NCBI RefSeq assembly: GCF_006345805.1 | Contig: NC_042998.1 | Span: 113,770,001-113,834,000 of the forward strand | Length of the DNA: 64,000 bases | Origin: Octopus sinensis | Taxonomy: Eukaryota | Direction of reading: 5' to 3' | Shown here: piece by piece, positions 50,765 through 64,000 of the stretch | How the letters are laid out: each line of letters opens with the position of its first letter | Numbering within the stretch: the stretch's first letter is position 1 | The notes under the pieces: model-generated | Databases searched by the model: none | What the model saw: the letters and a program-made list of their open reading frames with translations, nothing else | Told to the model about the DNA's origin: nothing | Position numbers and translations under genes: made by a program

Positions 50765-50996
50765 CAGTGGATCTCGAAGCACATAAAGCTATAAATGATA
50801 GCATGTAAATATTGGGTTGATAGAACCGTCTTGGAAGAAAAATTCGAAGCTGCCTGAGGGATAAGAACCAACATGTACTTTAGATATGACGAATGTTCTA
50901 CTATGAGCAGCCTTCGGATTTTTCTATCCGAAAAGGCTTTTCAACTTAATATTCACATGCTATTATTTATAGCTTTATGTGCTTCAAGATTCGCTG
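50765..50996. mobile_element. Tc1/pogo-type hairpin MITE
   Basis: CAGTGGATCTCGAAGCACATAAAGCTATAAA.. pairs with ..TTTATAGCTTTATGTGCTTCAAGATTCGCTG|TA. Arms about 105 bp; left flank is AA rather than TA. Confidence 0.8.
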
Positions 50997-51129
50997 TACC
51001 TCCACTCAAACAAGAATTATTTCACGTTTTATCGACATTTTATACATTCTTACGATATCAAATTATATATATATATATAGATATATATATATATATATAT
51101 ATATATATGGATATATGGTGTAGTTGTTA

Positions 51130-51345
51130 GTGATCTAATGGTTATGGTGTTGCACTCACGATCACGATATCGCGATTTCAATTCCTAGACGGGGTGCTCT
51201 GTACATGTTCAGACAACGTCGATTTGATGGAAAAAGAGAGTTAATGTGCAGCACATACATATGATTACTATAAACAAATCTTTTGTGCAGATCATTCAGC
51301 AAAAGCTGAACACTCATACATCGTCTTCGACTGGAGAGTCCATCA
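51130..51345 (+). mobile_element. Degraded tRNA-head SINE with another 3' module
   Basis: ctaatggttatggtgttgcactcacgatcacgatatcgcgatttcaattcctagac head resembles 44761. Confidence 0.55.
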
Positions 51346-51383
51346 TATATGTATATAAAATTATATGTATATAAGTTTATATT

Positions 51384-51446
<63 letters not shown>

Positions 51447-52043
51447 ATGCAGATACTCTCCGAGGATCATCTGAGATGGAGAATGGTGTGAAGCTTACAC
51501 ATCTTGAATTATATTGTAGGCTCGTTCGTATCCGGCCGGAAGTCCTCCGATTGATCGTTAAAGACTTCCGCACCATTGCATTACAGAGCGTGAAGCAAAG
51601 ACCAACTGTCTCTTCGGCCTATATAGCATAATGATACTACAATGTCCTCTCATCTTTGTAGTAGTAGTGACTCTAATGAAACAGATTAATGTTATGTTAA
51701 CACCCTTATTTTTCATATTCACGGTACGACTGATAATCAGATTAGTGATGGTCCTAACAACACAATGGTGTTTCAATGGTGACTGCAATGAAATCTCAGC
51801 AGCTGTTGGACTATCGTTATTCCAAAGTGATGGTACCGAGTCCTCTAAGTATTTTTCTATTATATAATAATTGGAATTTTAAGATTTCACCATTTCAGGG
51901 CTTAGAAAACTTAGAGGAAGTATGCATTACGTCATAGAAACATTACATTTTATCTATGTTAATATATACAAATATAAAGGCGATGGGCTTGCAGAATCGT
52001 GTCACGCGGGCCAAAATGCTTAGCAACGGCATTTCATTTTCAC

Positions 52044-52180
52044 CTACCAAATCCACTCGCAAGGGTGTGGTCGGCCTGAGGCTATGGTGGAAGATGCTTG
52101 TCTAAGGGTCAATGCAGTGGGACTGAACCCGGAACCATGTGATGGGAAAGCAAGCTTTTTATCACAAAGCCACGTGCACG
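52044..52180 (-). mobile_element. 5' half of type-C SINE, adjacent to a type-M head fragment (51979-52040, +)
   Basis: ctaccaaatccactcgcaagg..gcagtgggactgaacccggaaccatgtg. Confidence 0.85.
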
Positions 52181-52260
52181 CATACATATCTATGTAAATG
52201 TGTGCGTATGCATATATGTATGTATATATATGTATTATATACATATATGTGTATATTATA

Positions 52261-52293
<33 letters not shown>

Positions 52294-52457
52294 ATTATAT
52301 ATAGATATATAAACATAGACATGAAAATACGTACATAAGTATATATGCACACAGGCATACATACATACACGCATGCATGCATCCATCCATTCGTACACAC
52401 ATTCATACATACATTCATACATACAAACATACATATATACGTATACATACTCATATT

Positions 52458-52545
<88 letters not shown>

Positions 52546-52954
52546 CATGCGTGTGAGTGTGTTTGTGCATATAATTGCACATATACGTATATGTAGTGTT
52601 TATGCATGTATATGAGTCTGTATGTGTATATGTATGTGTGTGTGTGTGTGCGCGCGTGTATGTGAGTACATTTGTGTACGACTGCGAATATAAGTACCAG
52701 TGTATTAGTGTGTGTGTGTGTGTTTGAGATGCGTGTATGCGTGTATATGTGTGTTTGCGTGTGTGAATATGTGGAACATATCTCGTGGTGTGGGCAGTTA
52801 AAAATATGCAAGTTCGCTCTGATATTGCATTCGTTGACAATTTCGTTGATTGCGACATCTTTGATGTGATAGCCGACTTCAGTTCTCCTCCACGTCATTC
52901 ATAAAACGTTCCACCCTCCCAGTATTAATGACGACACGTATGGGTGGCATCTCT

Positions 52955-53226
52955 AATGATGATGATGATGATGATGATGGATGATGATGATGATGATGAT
53001 GATGGTGATAATGATGATAATAATAATAATAATAATAATAATGATAATATTAATAATAATAATAATAAAGTAATAATAATAATAATAATAATGATAATAA
53101 TAATATAATAATAATATTAATAATAATAATGATGATGATGATGATGATGATGATAATATAATATAATAATAATAAAATAATAATAATTAATAATAATTAA
53201 TGATAATGATGATGATGAATAATATG

Positions 53227-53311
<85 letters not shown>

Positions 53312-53390
53312 GATGATGATGATGATGATGATGATGATGTTGATGATGATGATACTGATGATAATGATGAATGCTGATAATCTATGAAAT
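52955..53390. repeat. (GAT)n/(AAT)n compound repeat
   Basis: Direct reading. Confidence 0.95.
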
Positions 53391-53926
53391 TTTCGGTTAG
53401 TTTTAGTAATTGAAATATAAATGATAACCGTATAGATTATGTCCAGAGCGGTTGTGAATATGGCGACACGCTACTGTTGCTGCTGCTGCTGATAATTTTG
53501 TGGATGATGGTGAGGCTGATGTGGATGAAGGTGGTGATGACGATGACGAAGACAACAGCGAATAATAATATTGATAGCCATGATAACTGTTGCTATTATT
53601 AAGTCTTATTAAATCCACTGATATGAATATTATAAAGGTCAATTGTATTTCAGAAAATTCTTTCTGATATTTGTAATATTCACGACGTTGATAATGTTCG
53701 TAATGTTGCTGATAATGTTAATGATAATGTCGTTGATTACAATAATGTTAATGAATTTTTACCGAATGAACTACTACCATATCGTGACTATTTATACAAA
53801 GATGAATACACCACACACTCTCACACACACACACTCACACACACACACACACACACACGCACACACACACACACGCACGTACACACATACAGACACACGC
53901 AACATGCATACATACATACGTACATA

Positions 53927-54331
53927 TATTTCTTTACTGCCCACAAGAGGGGACAAACAAGGACAGACAAAAGGATTAAGTCGATTACATTGACCCCAGT
54001 GCGAAACTGGTACTTTTTTTTATTGACCCCGAAAGGATGACAGGCAAAGTCGACCTCGGTGGAATTCGAATTCAAAACCTAACGGCAGACGAAATACCTA
54101 TTTCTTTACTACCCACAAGGGGCTAAACACAGAGAGGACAAACAAGGGCAGACAAACAGATTAAGTTGATTATATCGACCCCAGTGCGTAACTGGTACTT
54201 ATTTAATCGACCCCGAAAGGATGAAAGGCAAAGTCGACCTCGGCGGAATTTGAACTCAGCACATAGCGGCAGACGAAATACCGCTCAGCATTTCGCCCAG
54301 CACGCTAACGTTTCTGCCAGCTCGCCACCTT
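53927..54331 (-). mobile_element. Head-to-tail dimer of type-M SINE with complete 5' head
   Basis: AGGTGGCGAGCTGGCAGAAACGTTAGC head; junction AAAGAAATA|GGTATTTCGTCTG at 54098/54099. Confidence 0.92.
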
Positions 54332-55007
54332 ACATACGTACATACATATGTACACACACACATATATGCATGCATATATATACAGAAAATTCATGCACTC
54401 GAAAAGGCACATATACACACATATGTGCATATGTACACACAAACATGTAAATATACATACAAGAAAAAATATCTATATGTACGTATATATATAAATATAT
54501 GAATGCATCAATATGCACCTACTATATATAATATATATATATCTATATATATATATATATATATATACATAAAAACGTGTGCGCGCATACACACACACAC
54601 GCGCATACATTTATACCTACACACACATGGGTGTCTGCTTATGTGCGTATGTGTTGTACAAGTGTCTAAAAAATATTTACAAAATCACTAAGTTAAATGT
54701 AAATACATGAAAGCGGCAATTGAAGTTTGCGAAGTGAGGGTGGGGATAAAAATTTGGCTTATTTAATCATCATAATAAATATTATGATGATGTAGACGAT
54801 GCACGTATATCCATGCACGCACACTGGATTATACATAGAAAAATACACATATTCATTACTGTCTGGGAGATAACTTAAGGTACTAGAATAGTATTTTAAC
54901 TGCTATTTCTAAATTACGGTATGTGGTGAAGCAAATCTTGCTGAACCTTAATTATCATTAAGTTCATAATTATAGTATTTTATATTCATTATTATATATA
55001 TTTATAT

Positions 55008-55100
55008 GTTCTTTCATTCTTTTATTCTTTTAATTATTTCAGTCATTTGATAGCGGCTATGCTGGAGCACCGTCTCAAAGGGTGTTAGTCGAAGAAACCG
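55008..55100 (-). mobile_element. 3' end of type-C SINE
   Basis: ttcagtcatttgatagcggctatgctggagcaccg..ttagtcgaag. Confidence 0.75.
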
Positions 55101-55466
55101 TGCATATATATATACAAACATACATATATACATATATACATACACACACAAATACACCCACACACACACACCACACACACACACACACCACACACCACAC
55201 ACACACACACATATATATATTCATATATATATTATATATATAATATATATATATATATATGTATAAAACATTGATCACAGAACAAACATCAAATTCGAGT
55301 CAACGACGAATATGATTTTTGGTCTCTGTTCAATGTGGATCAAGTTTTATCTCTGTTTCAACTACATTTGAGCACTCTTTTGCAGTCTTATAAACCCTTT
55401 TTTGTCTCCATAAAGAGGCAAAAATTCTTTCTTGTCGTATATATATATATATACACACACATAGAC

Positions 55467-55502
<36 letters not shown>

Positions 55503-56137
55503 GCAAAGTATGGGGTTTAGTTCACAGATAATCTAAATGATTACGTAGGAGGCGCGTGTGTTGTTGTTGTGTTGGTTTGTAACGGATTACTAGGGCTCCA
55601 GGGTTGTAGCCGAGACGGTAATATGGGCCCATTGTAGATTTCTGATATAGCAGATTTATAATTGTTAAAAAGGACAACAAAAGTTAAGGCAAGGCAAACA
55701 TCTCAAATCATATACATTATTATTATTGGAGAAAATTTAGAGTCTTGCACCCCTTATTCCTTCGAAATTAGGAATATGCAGCCTTCGAAACATGTCGAGA
55801 ATAAAGGAATTTTGTAAATCGTCGTCAAATCCATTCTTTCATTTATTTGTCATTAAAAAACACACATTTCCACACGAAAGCACGTGATCTCTACCCTTGG
55901 CATGTAGCTTCAAACCGTGTTTTCTGACGTGAATTTTCTACCCAGGTATCGGTTAACCGAATATCCATACTAGGATAATTCATTCAACTACTTATATATT
56001 TACGTATATATATATATAATAATAATATATATATATATAATACACACACAAATGAACACACACACACACATACACCCACATACATGTGGATTGTGGGCGA
56101 TTTTTTCCCTCCGTCTATTGGACTTACCTCTGTCTTC

Positions 56138-56174
56138 TGTTTCTGAAGAAGAGCTTTGCTCGAAACGTAAAACA
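56138..56174 (+). ncRNA. Minimal type-I hammerhead ribozyme with intact core (dimer type)
   Basis: UGUUU-CUGAAGA-A-GAGC-UUU-GCUC-GAAA-CGU-A-AAACA. 5-bp stem I, 4-bp stem II, palindromic ACGU stem III, GUA triplet. Confidence 0.85.
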
Positions 56175-56179
56175 CCCCT

Positions 56180-56279
56180 NNNNNNNNNNNNNNNNNNNNN
56201 NNNNNNNNNNNNNNNNNNNNNNNNNNNNNNNNNNNNNNNNNNNNNNNNNNNNNNNNNNNNNNNNNNNNNNNNNNNNNNN
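56180..56279. other. Assembly gap (100 N)
   Basis: N run. Confidence 1.
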
Positions 56280-56519
56280 GCAGTGTCTGGTCCTCTATCC
56301 TGATGATATGTTTGGGATCTTTGGCACCATATATATACACACATGTAAACTTATATTCACATATATAAAATATGATATATATATATGTGTGTTGTGTGTG
56401 TGTGTGTGTGTGTGTGTATTTTAATTTTTTAGAAATAAATTTAAAGTGAATTAAAATATTTTGCTTGCTTTTAATTATTAAAATTTTCTCTACCACGATG
56501 TAATTGCATCAGTCTTCAC

Positions 56520-57170
56520 GTAGGGTCTCAGATAAATCTACTCTTATAGACATGTACAGTTGAATCAATAAAAACTCCAAACAGCCGTAAAACCCCCCAA
56601 CATTCTCTATGGATATTGTTACACCTGTTGAACTGGGTACATTATATAAGCAGGCCATCGTCAAACAGCCTTTATCCCCCACGCTGGTTTGAATATGAAC
56701 AAGGAAGCAACAGCATACCTGAATCAATCTGACGTTGGTAACCTTCAACAAGCAGCTGGCATTGTGGACCCATATTGAGCTACATGATGCTTCTCGATGC
56801 TAGTCAGATTGCTGTTGATAATGTCCCGGATGTCTGACCTTACTGGGCAGATTCAGCTGCCTCGAAACTTGCGGCCGATGAGCATATTCTCTTTCTCTAG
56901 CAAGTCTTTTATTCTTAAGCATGTGTATATAAAGTTCTAAAACCAGGTTATTAATATCGCTATACTTAAGCAACATCTGAAAATACAAAACTACCCCCCG
57001 GAAGAATTCGAACAGTTAATAAACTCATGACATTGGAAATGACTAATTTGGCTACTTCCCTAACGAACTTACCAATAACAAAAGTGATGCACAAGCACTC
57101 AACTCTGAGTGCACTGTATTTTACAGCAGAAACAGCCGTAAGCTAATGAAGTTGATTATAGAAATCATGT
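56520..57170 (+). mobile_element. Possible degraded 3' end of a non-LTR retrotransposon
   Basis: Stop-riddled frame with LTLLGR..C..C..EHILFL, like a C-terminal zinc knuckle; ends in the repeat shared with 4400-4500. Confidence 0.35.
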
Positions 57171-57188
57171 TTCCTAGTCATTTATTTA

Positions 57189-57233
<45 letters not shown>

Positions 57234-57855
57234 ATATATATGCATGAAATTAAATAAATGACAAGGAAACAATTTATATAAGTATATATGTATATATATA
57301 TTTATATATACACTTACATACACTGTATTTATTTTCAATAATTAGGATGATAAGGTAAATATTATACCATTTATTAATAATAATGGCGACATAATGTTTC
57401 CCTGCTGTTTTTGTAAAACTTATGTATACAGATACACGAGGAATGGCAACATCAACAAACTAAAAACCAAGGTTGGACAAACAAAATATAAACAATAAAT
57501 ATTATTTTAAAATACAAATAAATGTATACATATCATTCATTTATAAAATTAATAACAAAACAAGAACGAAAAAAATTAAACGTCTTCCAGGAGTGCTATC
57601 TTTTTATCTAATCATCTAAGAACACTACATGTTTCCTATATTGCATATTAGAACGTCAAAGCTTAATTTTATTACCTTTGGCTCTATTTATGTTAGATAA
57701 ATTAAAGAGTTCTTTCTTACGCAAATATACACACAAATGCTTGAACTCACTCATAGGTACACACATTTATATATATATATAATAATAATATATACACATA
57801 TTAATATATATATATTAATATATACACATATATATGGATATATATATTAATATAT

Positions 57856-57911
<56 letters not shown>

Positions 57912-58402
57912 ATGCATGTATTTATATACGTATATATATGGTTATATATGTATATGCAGGCATATGCATACAGGTACAGGGAAAACAATGATTAGAAAAT
58001 AATACATTTGTCGACAAATGAATATATTGTAGATATCTTGTAGAAGGTTACAACGCCGATTCAATAACAATAATGCAGGAAACATAATATTTTCGCATAT
58101 TATCTATCTATAAGCGCTGCCTCCCTTTCACACTATACTCGTATGTTCGTATGTAAGCATGCATGATACATGACAACCATATTGCTATATGATAAATGAT
58201 ATATATATATATATATATATCTATATATATATAATATATATATTATATGTAATGGTGTGTGTGTGTGTGTGTGTGGGTGTTACACACACACATGCGTATA
58301 ACCTTTTAATACTTTTATTAGTTTCTGTCATTGGATTATGGTAATTCAGTTTTTATGGTGACCCTAGTACATGAAATGGATGCTACATTATCTATCTGAA
58401 TA

Positions 58403-58620
58403 CGATGGGGTGCTAAAAAGTTCCTGGCTTTATGTAAAAGAAAACACAGGAGGATCAGTTAATTTTTTTTTTATTCAAGATATTCTCCTCTCAGATTCAC
58501 ACACTTATTGCAGTGGTCCTTCAGTTTTCCTAAGTCCTGTAAAAGAACTCGGAAGTTTGGGCCTCCGACTAGGCTTTACGTGATACTCTTAAAGTTAGGA
58601 ACTTTTAAGCACACGCCTCA
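58403..58620 (-). mobile_element. Mariner-derived MITE, same family as 30782
   Basis: TA|CGATGGGGTGCTAAAAAGTTCCTGGCTTT..AAAGTTAGGAACTTTTAAGCACACGCCTCA|TA; reverse-strand KDHCNKCVNLRGEYLE*. Confidence 0.88.
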
Positions 58621-58659
58621 TATACTGAATGGCTTTGATTTCAAGATTCGGTATAAACA

Positions 58660-59950
58660 CGATGGCATTTGACAAAAAGGATTTCCCTCGGTGGATCAAC
58701 AAACTCGTTGGAAAGTACTGGTATCATATGGATGCCCTGAGTAGCTTGGTAACATCATGAAACAGTTCAACACAAAATGAAAGCTCTAATTTCAGTTGGC
58801 AGATTATATAGTGGAACGTTTGCATTCAACCACAGTGTGAGGCAGCAGTGCGTGCTTTCTCACCCCACATTCTTCTTTCTTTACCTGTGCTTGACATCAT
58901 GTGCGTCTGTCTGCACAAGGGGGTTTTCATCCTCATCAGAACAGCTCTTCAACTTAGCCCGTCTTGGTGCGTCCACCAAAATTAAGGACATGTGCATCAG
59001 GGAGCTGATCTATATAGAAGGTTCAGCTGTAGTAACCAGCAGAATTCAGGACATGCAATATATTGTTGACCAATTTTCTTTTGCAGTAGTCATGTTCGTT
59101 CTCAAGATCAACATTTCGAAGACTGAGCTGCTCTACCAACCACCATTAAGGTGTCCTAATAGACTGAGTGAGCTCGAGCCAGAGACAGTACACAGAGAGC
59201 CTTTGAAGTAAACTAAAGCTTTTACTTGTCTCGGGAGCGCAGTAGTTTATACTAACTCTTCTGACCTCGAAGTTGAGAAATGTATGCAATCTACTTTCGG
59301 TTCTCTTTAGAAGCGTCTCTGGAGCTGTTATGACATCGCCTGCCACGCGAATATAAAAGTGTACAAAGCTGCAGTGCTCCCTTGCCTCTTCTGCACCACT
59401 GAATGCATAGCCGCCTACCACAGGTACATCAAGGACCTGTAGCGAGGCCAACTTCGTGATCTGCGTTACATCTTGAATATCAGACTGTTGATTGCATTCT
59501 TGGTGTAGAAGTCCTGCGTCCTGTATCAAGTGTGGAGGCCTTCATTACTTCATCGCAGATGCGCTGGCGAGATATGTTTTTAGATGGAAAGCAGCAGACT
59601 GGGAGCAGGAGGAGCCGTAGTGGCCAAAGGTTGCGATATGGGGTTGTGCTGAAGAGACATATGAAAAACTCCCGCATTTCCTCAGACACCCGAGAGGAAA
59701 AGGTCTTGGGACGCGATGAATGGCACCGTTCACTGAAGCTCATAATTCCAGCCATTGAGAAGAAATAACAGAGTGCGAAAGAACACACGAGGGGCGTCAT
59801 GTGTCCTTTGTATCAAGTAACTTCACTTGTAGCAAATGTCATCGGTGTTTCAGTTCAGGAGAAGGCCTCGTAGCCTACTTGCGAGCCTACCATGAATGAT
59901 TTCTGAACAGAACATTCAACGTCGACCTTCGAGGGATAGACGATGATGAC
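58660..59950 (+). mobile_element. RTE (BovB-like) LINE 3' fragment, degraded
   Basis: WKVLVSYGCPE; VRQQCVL; LFNLARL..TKIKDMCIRELIY..; LKINISKTELLYQPP; terminal C..C..CF..GL..YL..YH; (GAT)-like tail. Confidence 0.88.
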
Positions 59951-60241
59951 GCTCTAATTTATCTATCTAAATATTTTGGGTGGCTTAGATTTCAAGATAC
60001 GGCATAAAAGGTAATATATACACAAATACATATACTTAAGTGGAATACTTAGGGTGAAGCATTGTGTGATGTTACATAAAAGAAACTTGTTGGGTAAGGC
60101 CAGAACAATGCGAGCTGAAATATGAAGCAACCTACAAACAGAAAATAATGTAATCTTCAGTCAGAATCAACGTGATGCACTCTGACAAACATGAAGTTTT
60201 AAATAACAAACTCAATGCATAACTGCCACACACACACACAC

Positions 60242-60298
<57 letters not shown>

Positions 60299-60444
60299 TA
60301 TATAAACACATAATGTGTGTATGTATGTTTGTGTGTATATATATATATATATATCAGAAGCAACAGAGTGACTCAAGAGAACTGAGTTTCGTGCGTTAGC
60401 ACTTAACAAACTCTCTTTTTCTTTGTCTCTATACATACATACTT

Positions 60445-60479
<35 letters not shown>

Positions 60480-60762
60480 CACACAGATATATATATATGT
60501 GTATGTATATATATATATATATGTGTGTATATACACCGACCCTAGCTTTGCTCATGGAGCAGTTATCTCCCTGTCAGAGTATATGAATTGTGCGCTTCAT
60601 GCAGCATTAAAGGTTTTAATTCTTATTTCTTGCAATATAGATGCACTTAAGCACTCTCAGTCATAATTGATGACCGTTAAATTTTTCCAATATACATACA
60701 CTCACATACACATACATACATACATACTTACACTCAAATATTTACACACACACACACACACA

Positions 60763-60800
<38 letters not shown>

Positions 60801-61499
60801 CAAACATACACCAACAAACGTCTTTTACAGCCGAAACAAACCCAAATTTGTAAGAAATGCTTGAATATATCCCCCTGTATATTCTGAATTCCTTTGGATG
60901 GTTTCTTTTGAAGTTTAACAATTATGTTCTGTAGCTCAAATATAAGCCTTATTAATGAATTTGGGTGACGGAAACTGAGTGGAAATCCGTCGTATATTTG
61001 AGACTGTAGGTTTAAGTCTCTGAACTTCAGCAAGTTGCAACCATATTGGTTTTTTTCCCAAGGTTGATGAAAGGTGTGCCGTGTCTAATTCTACTTTTCC
61101 ATTAATCGGATGCTATTAATTGTTGCATTTAACATAAGAGACTTGGTTCTAATTCGTTAGAACCAAATTTGAAGATCTTCATCTCAATGAAAATAATACT
61201 CATCTGTTCATGTAAACGATGTATATTCAGATACTGTTTGGTGCAAAGCAAATTACGAAAGAAAACAGTGTTATATAGTACCAAAATTAAGACACTACAA
61301 AATGTAAACAAGCCGAACATTTATCATATAATAGAAAAAGATAATGTTGATTATATAGAAACAAGTCAATGGAAAACAAAACACATAACCCACTGATATT
61401 AGTGTTCATACGTTGTTCTTTGATTATCTCCATTGGTATTTTCACCAATGTTGACTTCCTCGAAGCTGGATGTTACTGTCAGTTGTCATTGACAAATGA

Positions 61500-61680
61500 A
61501 TAGAAGCTGCACCTGTTTCCGTCTTCACTTTCCGTTCAGATCCTTAATCAGAGCAGTGGCCCATCCTGCTCTCTCATTCGTCGCCGCAAGCTTGGAAACA
61601 ACATTCCAGGCTTGATGTTTTCAAACTTTGAAGTTTTGACAAGAATCCTCGGATATTCCATGAGACGAATTGTGTCATAA
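61500..61680 (-). mobile_element. Possible APE endonuclease N-terminus remnant of a LINE ORF2
   Basis: MTQFVSWNIRGFLSK, then ATALIKD (similar to GVAILIK) after a frameshift. Confidence 0.3.
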
Positions 61681-62407
61681 TCCCATAAAATCCTTGAGGA
61701 ACAAAACCCGAAGATCAGATGTCATTCTAATGGCTTGCTCGAGACTTTGTATCGATTTCTGCAACTATATACATTTTATTGCAGTGTTAAAACGCTCGTA
61801 ACTGAGGAATTAAATGTAATGCCATAAATTCTAGCATAAATTCTACCATAAATTCTACATATAATACATACAAACACACCCGAATGAACAAATATATGCG
61901 CACATATATGCATGTATACTTTCGAATGAGCAAACAAGCAGCACAGTTCATGTATGGATGTGCGAAGACGTAAGAGGCGTATGAATAAGGAATCATCTTG
62001 GTATTTATCGTTTTATGTTTCTATGGATATAAGTTTCTGCATTCTCATGAGCCCAAGTTCTCGTAATTCCATTTGCTCATTTCGTTATTTGTAGTAATAC
62101 AATTATTATTGTAATCTTATACTTCTAATATTTATATATTTATGCATTTATGAAAATTTTCTTCTAATTTTTATATAATTTTCAAACAATTATTAAATAA
62201 AGATTACACATTCCTTAATTTGATTTTCATAAATATTTTATCTATTTAATGTATTCTTTATTGCAATTAAGCACTCAAGAGTTATTAAATTCATATATTT
62301 AAGGATTCGGTGTATTCATTTATTCACTTATTCGTAATTTACACATAATTTATAAATTTTGCATATCTGAACTAGTAGCCGTACACAAATATAAGTATGC
62401 ATATCTC

Positions 62408-62595
62408 CATGTATGTATGTATGTATGTATGTATGTATGTATGTATGTATGTATGTATGTATGTATGTATGTATGTATGTATGTATGTATGTATGTATGT
62501 ATGTATGTATGAATGAATGTATGTATGTATGTATGTATGTATGTATGTATGTATGTATGTATGAATGAATGTATGTATGTGTGTATGTATGTATG
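62408..62595. repeat. (TATG)n
   Basis: Direct reading. Confidence 0.95.
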
Positions 62596-63123
62596 AGGAT
62601 ATAAGATGTAGGGTTCCAAAAGAGGATGGAGATATGTGTTCCTCTATGTGGATTATGTATGTACCTATGCATATATTTGCATATATATTTTTGTAAACAC
62701 ATATATATGCATGTATGAATCTATATATCTGTACATGGCTGTTTGTACACACATACGTATATATGTAAATGTGATTGCTAATCTGGATGTCTTTTGGAAC
62801 TATCTCTTGTATAATATACATTAAAAGTTAAGCGCCACACCAAGATACACAAATGATCGATTTTAGCTGAAATATGTAAATAGTAGAGTTACAGATATTT
62901 AATGCACAAAACAAATATATTTACATTTTTAATTATTAAACATAGCAACAAATATAGTAATGGCTTGAGCGGAAATTTCAAATACATATTCCTGTTTGGT
63001 AAAGATGCTTCTATAGCAGAACAGAATTATAATAGCTATTCATTATTTACTGGAATAAATAAATATTTAAAAATATATATATTATAAAAGGAACAGGAAG
63101 TAAAACAACTACAAGAGACTTAC

Positions 63124-63186
<63 letters not shown>

Positions 63187-63235
63187 CTATATATATATAT
63201 ATATATATATACATATATACATATATGTATATATT

Positions 63236-63426
63236 CAAAATGTGACCGCGTGTGTATCGGTGGCAATTTTGGATCTTTCCTTTTCCTATGTTTCTGACGC
63301 GGAGCTCCGCTCGAAACGTTAAACCCTCCTTCTTTCTTTCCTTTCCTGAGCGTCCAATAACACTATACTTGTTCTACGCCCTCGCGTTGTTGTGTTTCCT
63401 CTTTGTCTTTTCATGTTTGGATTAAC
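63236..63426 (+). mobile_element. Short hammerhead-bearing element, family H1
   Basis: GTTT-CTGACGC-G-GAGC-TCC-GCTC-GAAA-CGT-T-AAAC (63290-63324); (TA)n on both sides. Confidence 0.85.
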
Positions 63427-63442
63427 TATATATATATATATC

Positions 63443-63780
63443 GCATGGCTCAGTGGTTAGAGCATCGAGCTTACGATCGTGAGGTTGTGAGCTCGAATCC
63501 CGGACCGGGCTGCGTGTTGTGTTCTTGAGCAAAGCACTTTATTTCACATTGCTCCAGTTCACTCAGCTGTAGAAATGAGTTGCGACGTCACAGGTGCCAA
63601 GCTGTATCGACCTTTGTCTTTCCCTTGGGTAACACTGGTGGCGTGGAGGGGGGAGGCTGGTATGCATGGGCGACTGCTGGTCTTCCATAAACAACCTTGC
63701 CCGGACTTGTGTCTAGGAGGGTAACTTTCTAGGTGCAATCCCATGGTCATTCATGACCGAAGGGGGTCTTTACCCCTTAC

Positions 63781-63782
<2 letters not shown>
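63443..63782 (+). mobile_element. Full-length tRNA-derived CORE-type SINE
   Basis: TGGCTCAGTGG A box, GAGCTCGAATCC B box, TTCTTGAGCAAAGCACTTTATTTCACATTGCTCCAG..CAGCTGTAGAAATGAG CORE-like body. Confidence 0.9.
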
Positions 63783-63818
<36 letters not shown>

Positions 63819-63819
63819 C

Positions 63820-64000
63820 GATTATTCTTTTCTGCTCTAGGTACAAGGCCTGAAATTTTTGGGGAGAGGGCCAGTCGCTTAGATCGATCCCAGTACGCAA
63901 CTGGTACTCAACTTATCGGCCCCGAAAAGATGAAAGGCAAACTCAGAACGTAAAGACAGACGAAATACCTATTTCTTTACTACACACAAGGAGCTAAACA
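63820..64000 (-). mobile_element. Type-M SINE multimer running off the window end
   Basis: Junction AAAGAAATA|GGTATTTCGTCTG at 63969/63970; the left unit has an internal deletion. Confidence 0.85.

Noticed and set aside
51470-51700. Minus-strand segment between ctgtttcattag and GT|gtaagc
   Set aside because: Stops in all frames
60530-60570. Possible reversed Helitron 3' end
   Set aside because: Hairpin and CTRR too degenerate; no matching 5' end found

Overview
AT-rich, microsatellite-saturated eukaryotic DNA, most likely a cephalopod (Octopus-like) intergenic or intronic region, judged from its SINE families and repeat landscape. There is one 100-N gap at 56180-56279. I found no confidently intact protein-coding gene, and nearly every ORF in the track is translated simple repeat. 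The recognisable content is: (1) two non-autonomous Helitrons; (2) many tRNA-derived SINEs of several modular types; (3) a 7-kb pile-up (19.1-26.3 kb) of co-oriented R4/Dong-type retrotransposon fragments separated by (TAA)n, including a unit-length ~560-bp non-coding passenger element; (4) a Penelope-like GIY-YIG fragment whose 3' region carries a tRNA-like sequence and the start of a hammerhead ribozyme; (5) several short microsatellite-inserted elements carrying minimal dimer-type hammerheads, one with an intact core at 56138-56174; (6) RTE fragments, mariner-derived and hairpin MITEs; (7) a weak candidate spliced minus-strand gene or pseudogene at 10.2-11.8 kb between two copies of a local duplication. 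The most interesting systems are the hammerhead/Penelope/tRNA combination, the Dong-associated non-autonomous element, and a SINE multimer junction that recurs at three loci. Family names come from recalled motifs, not database searches.
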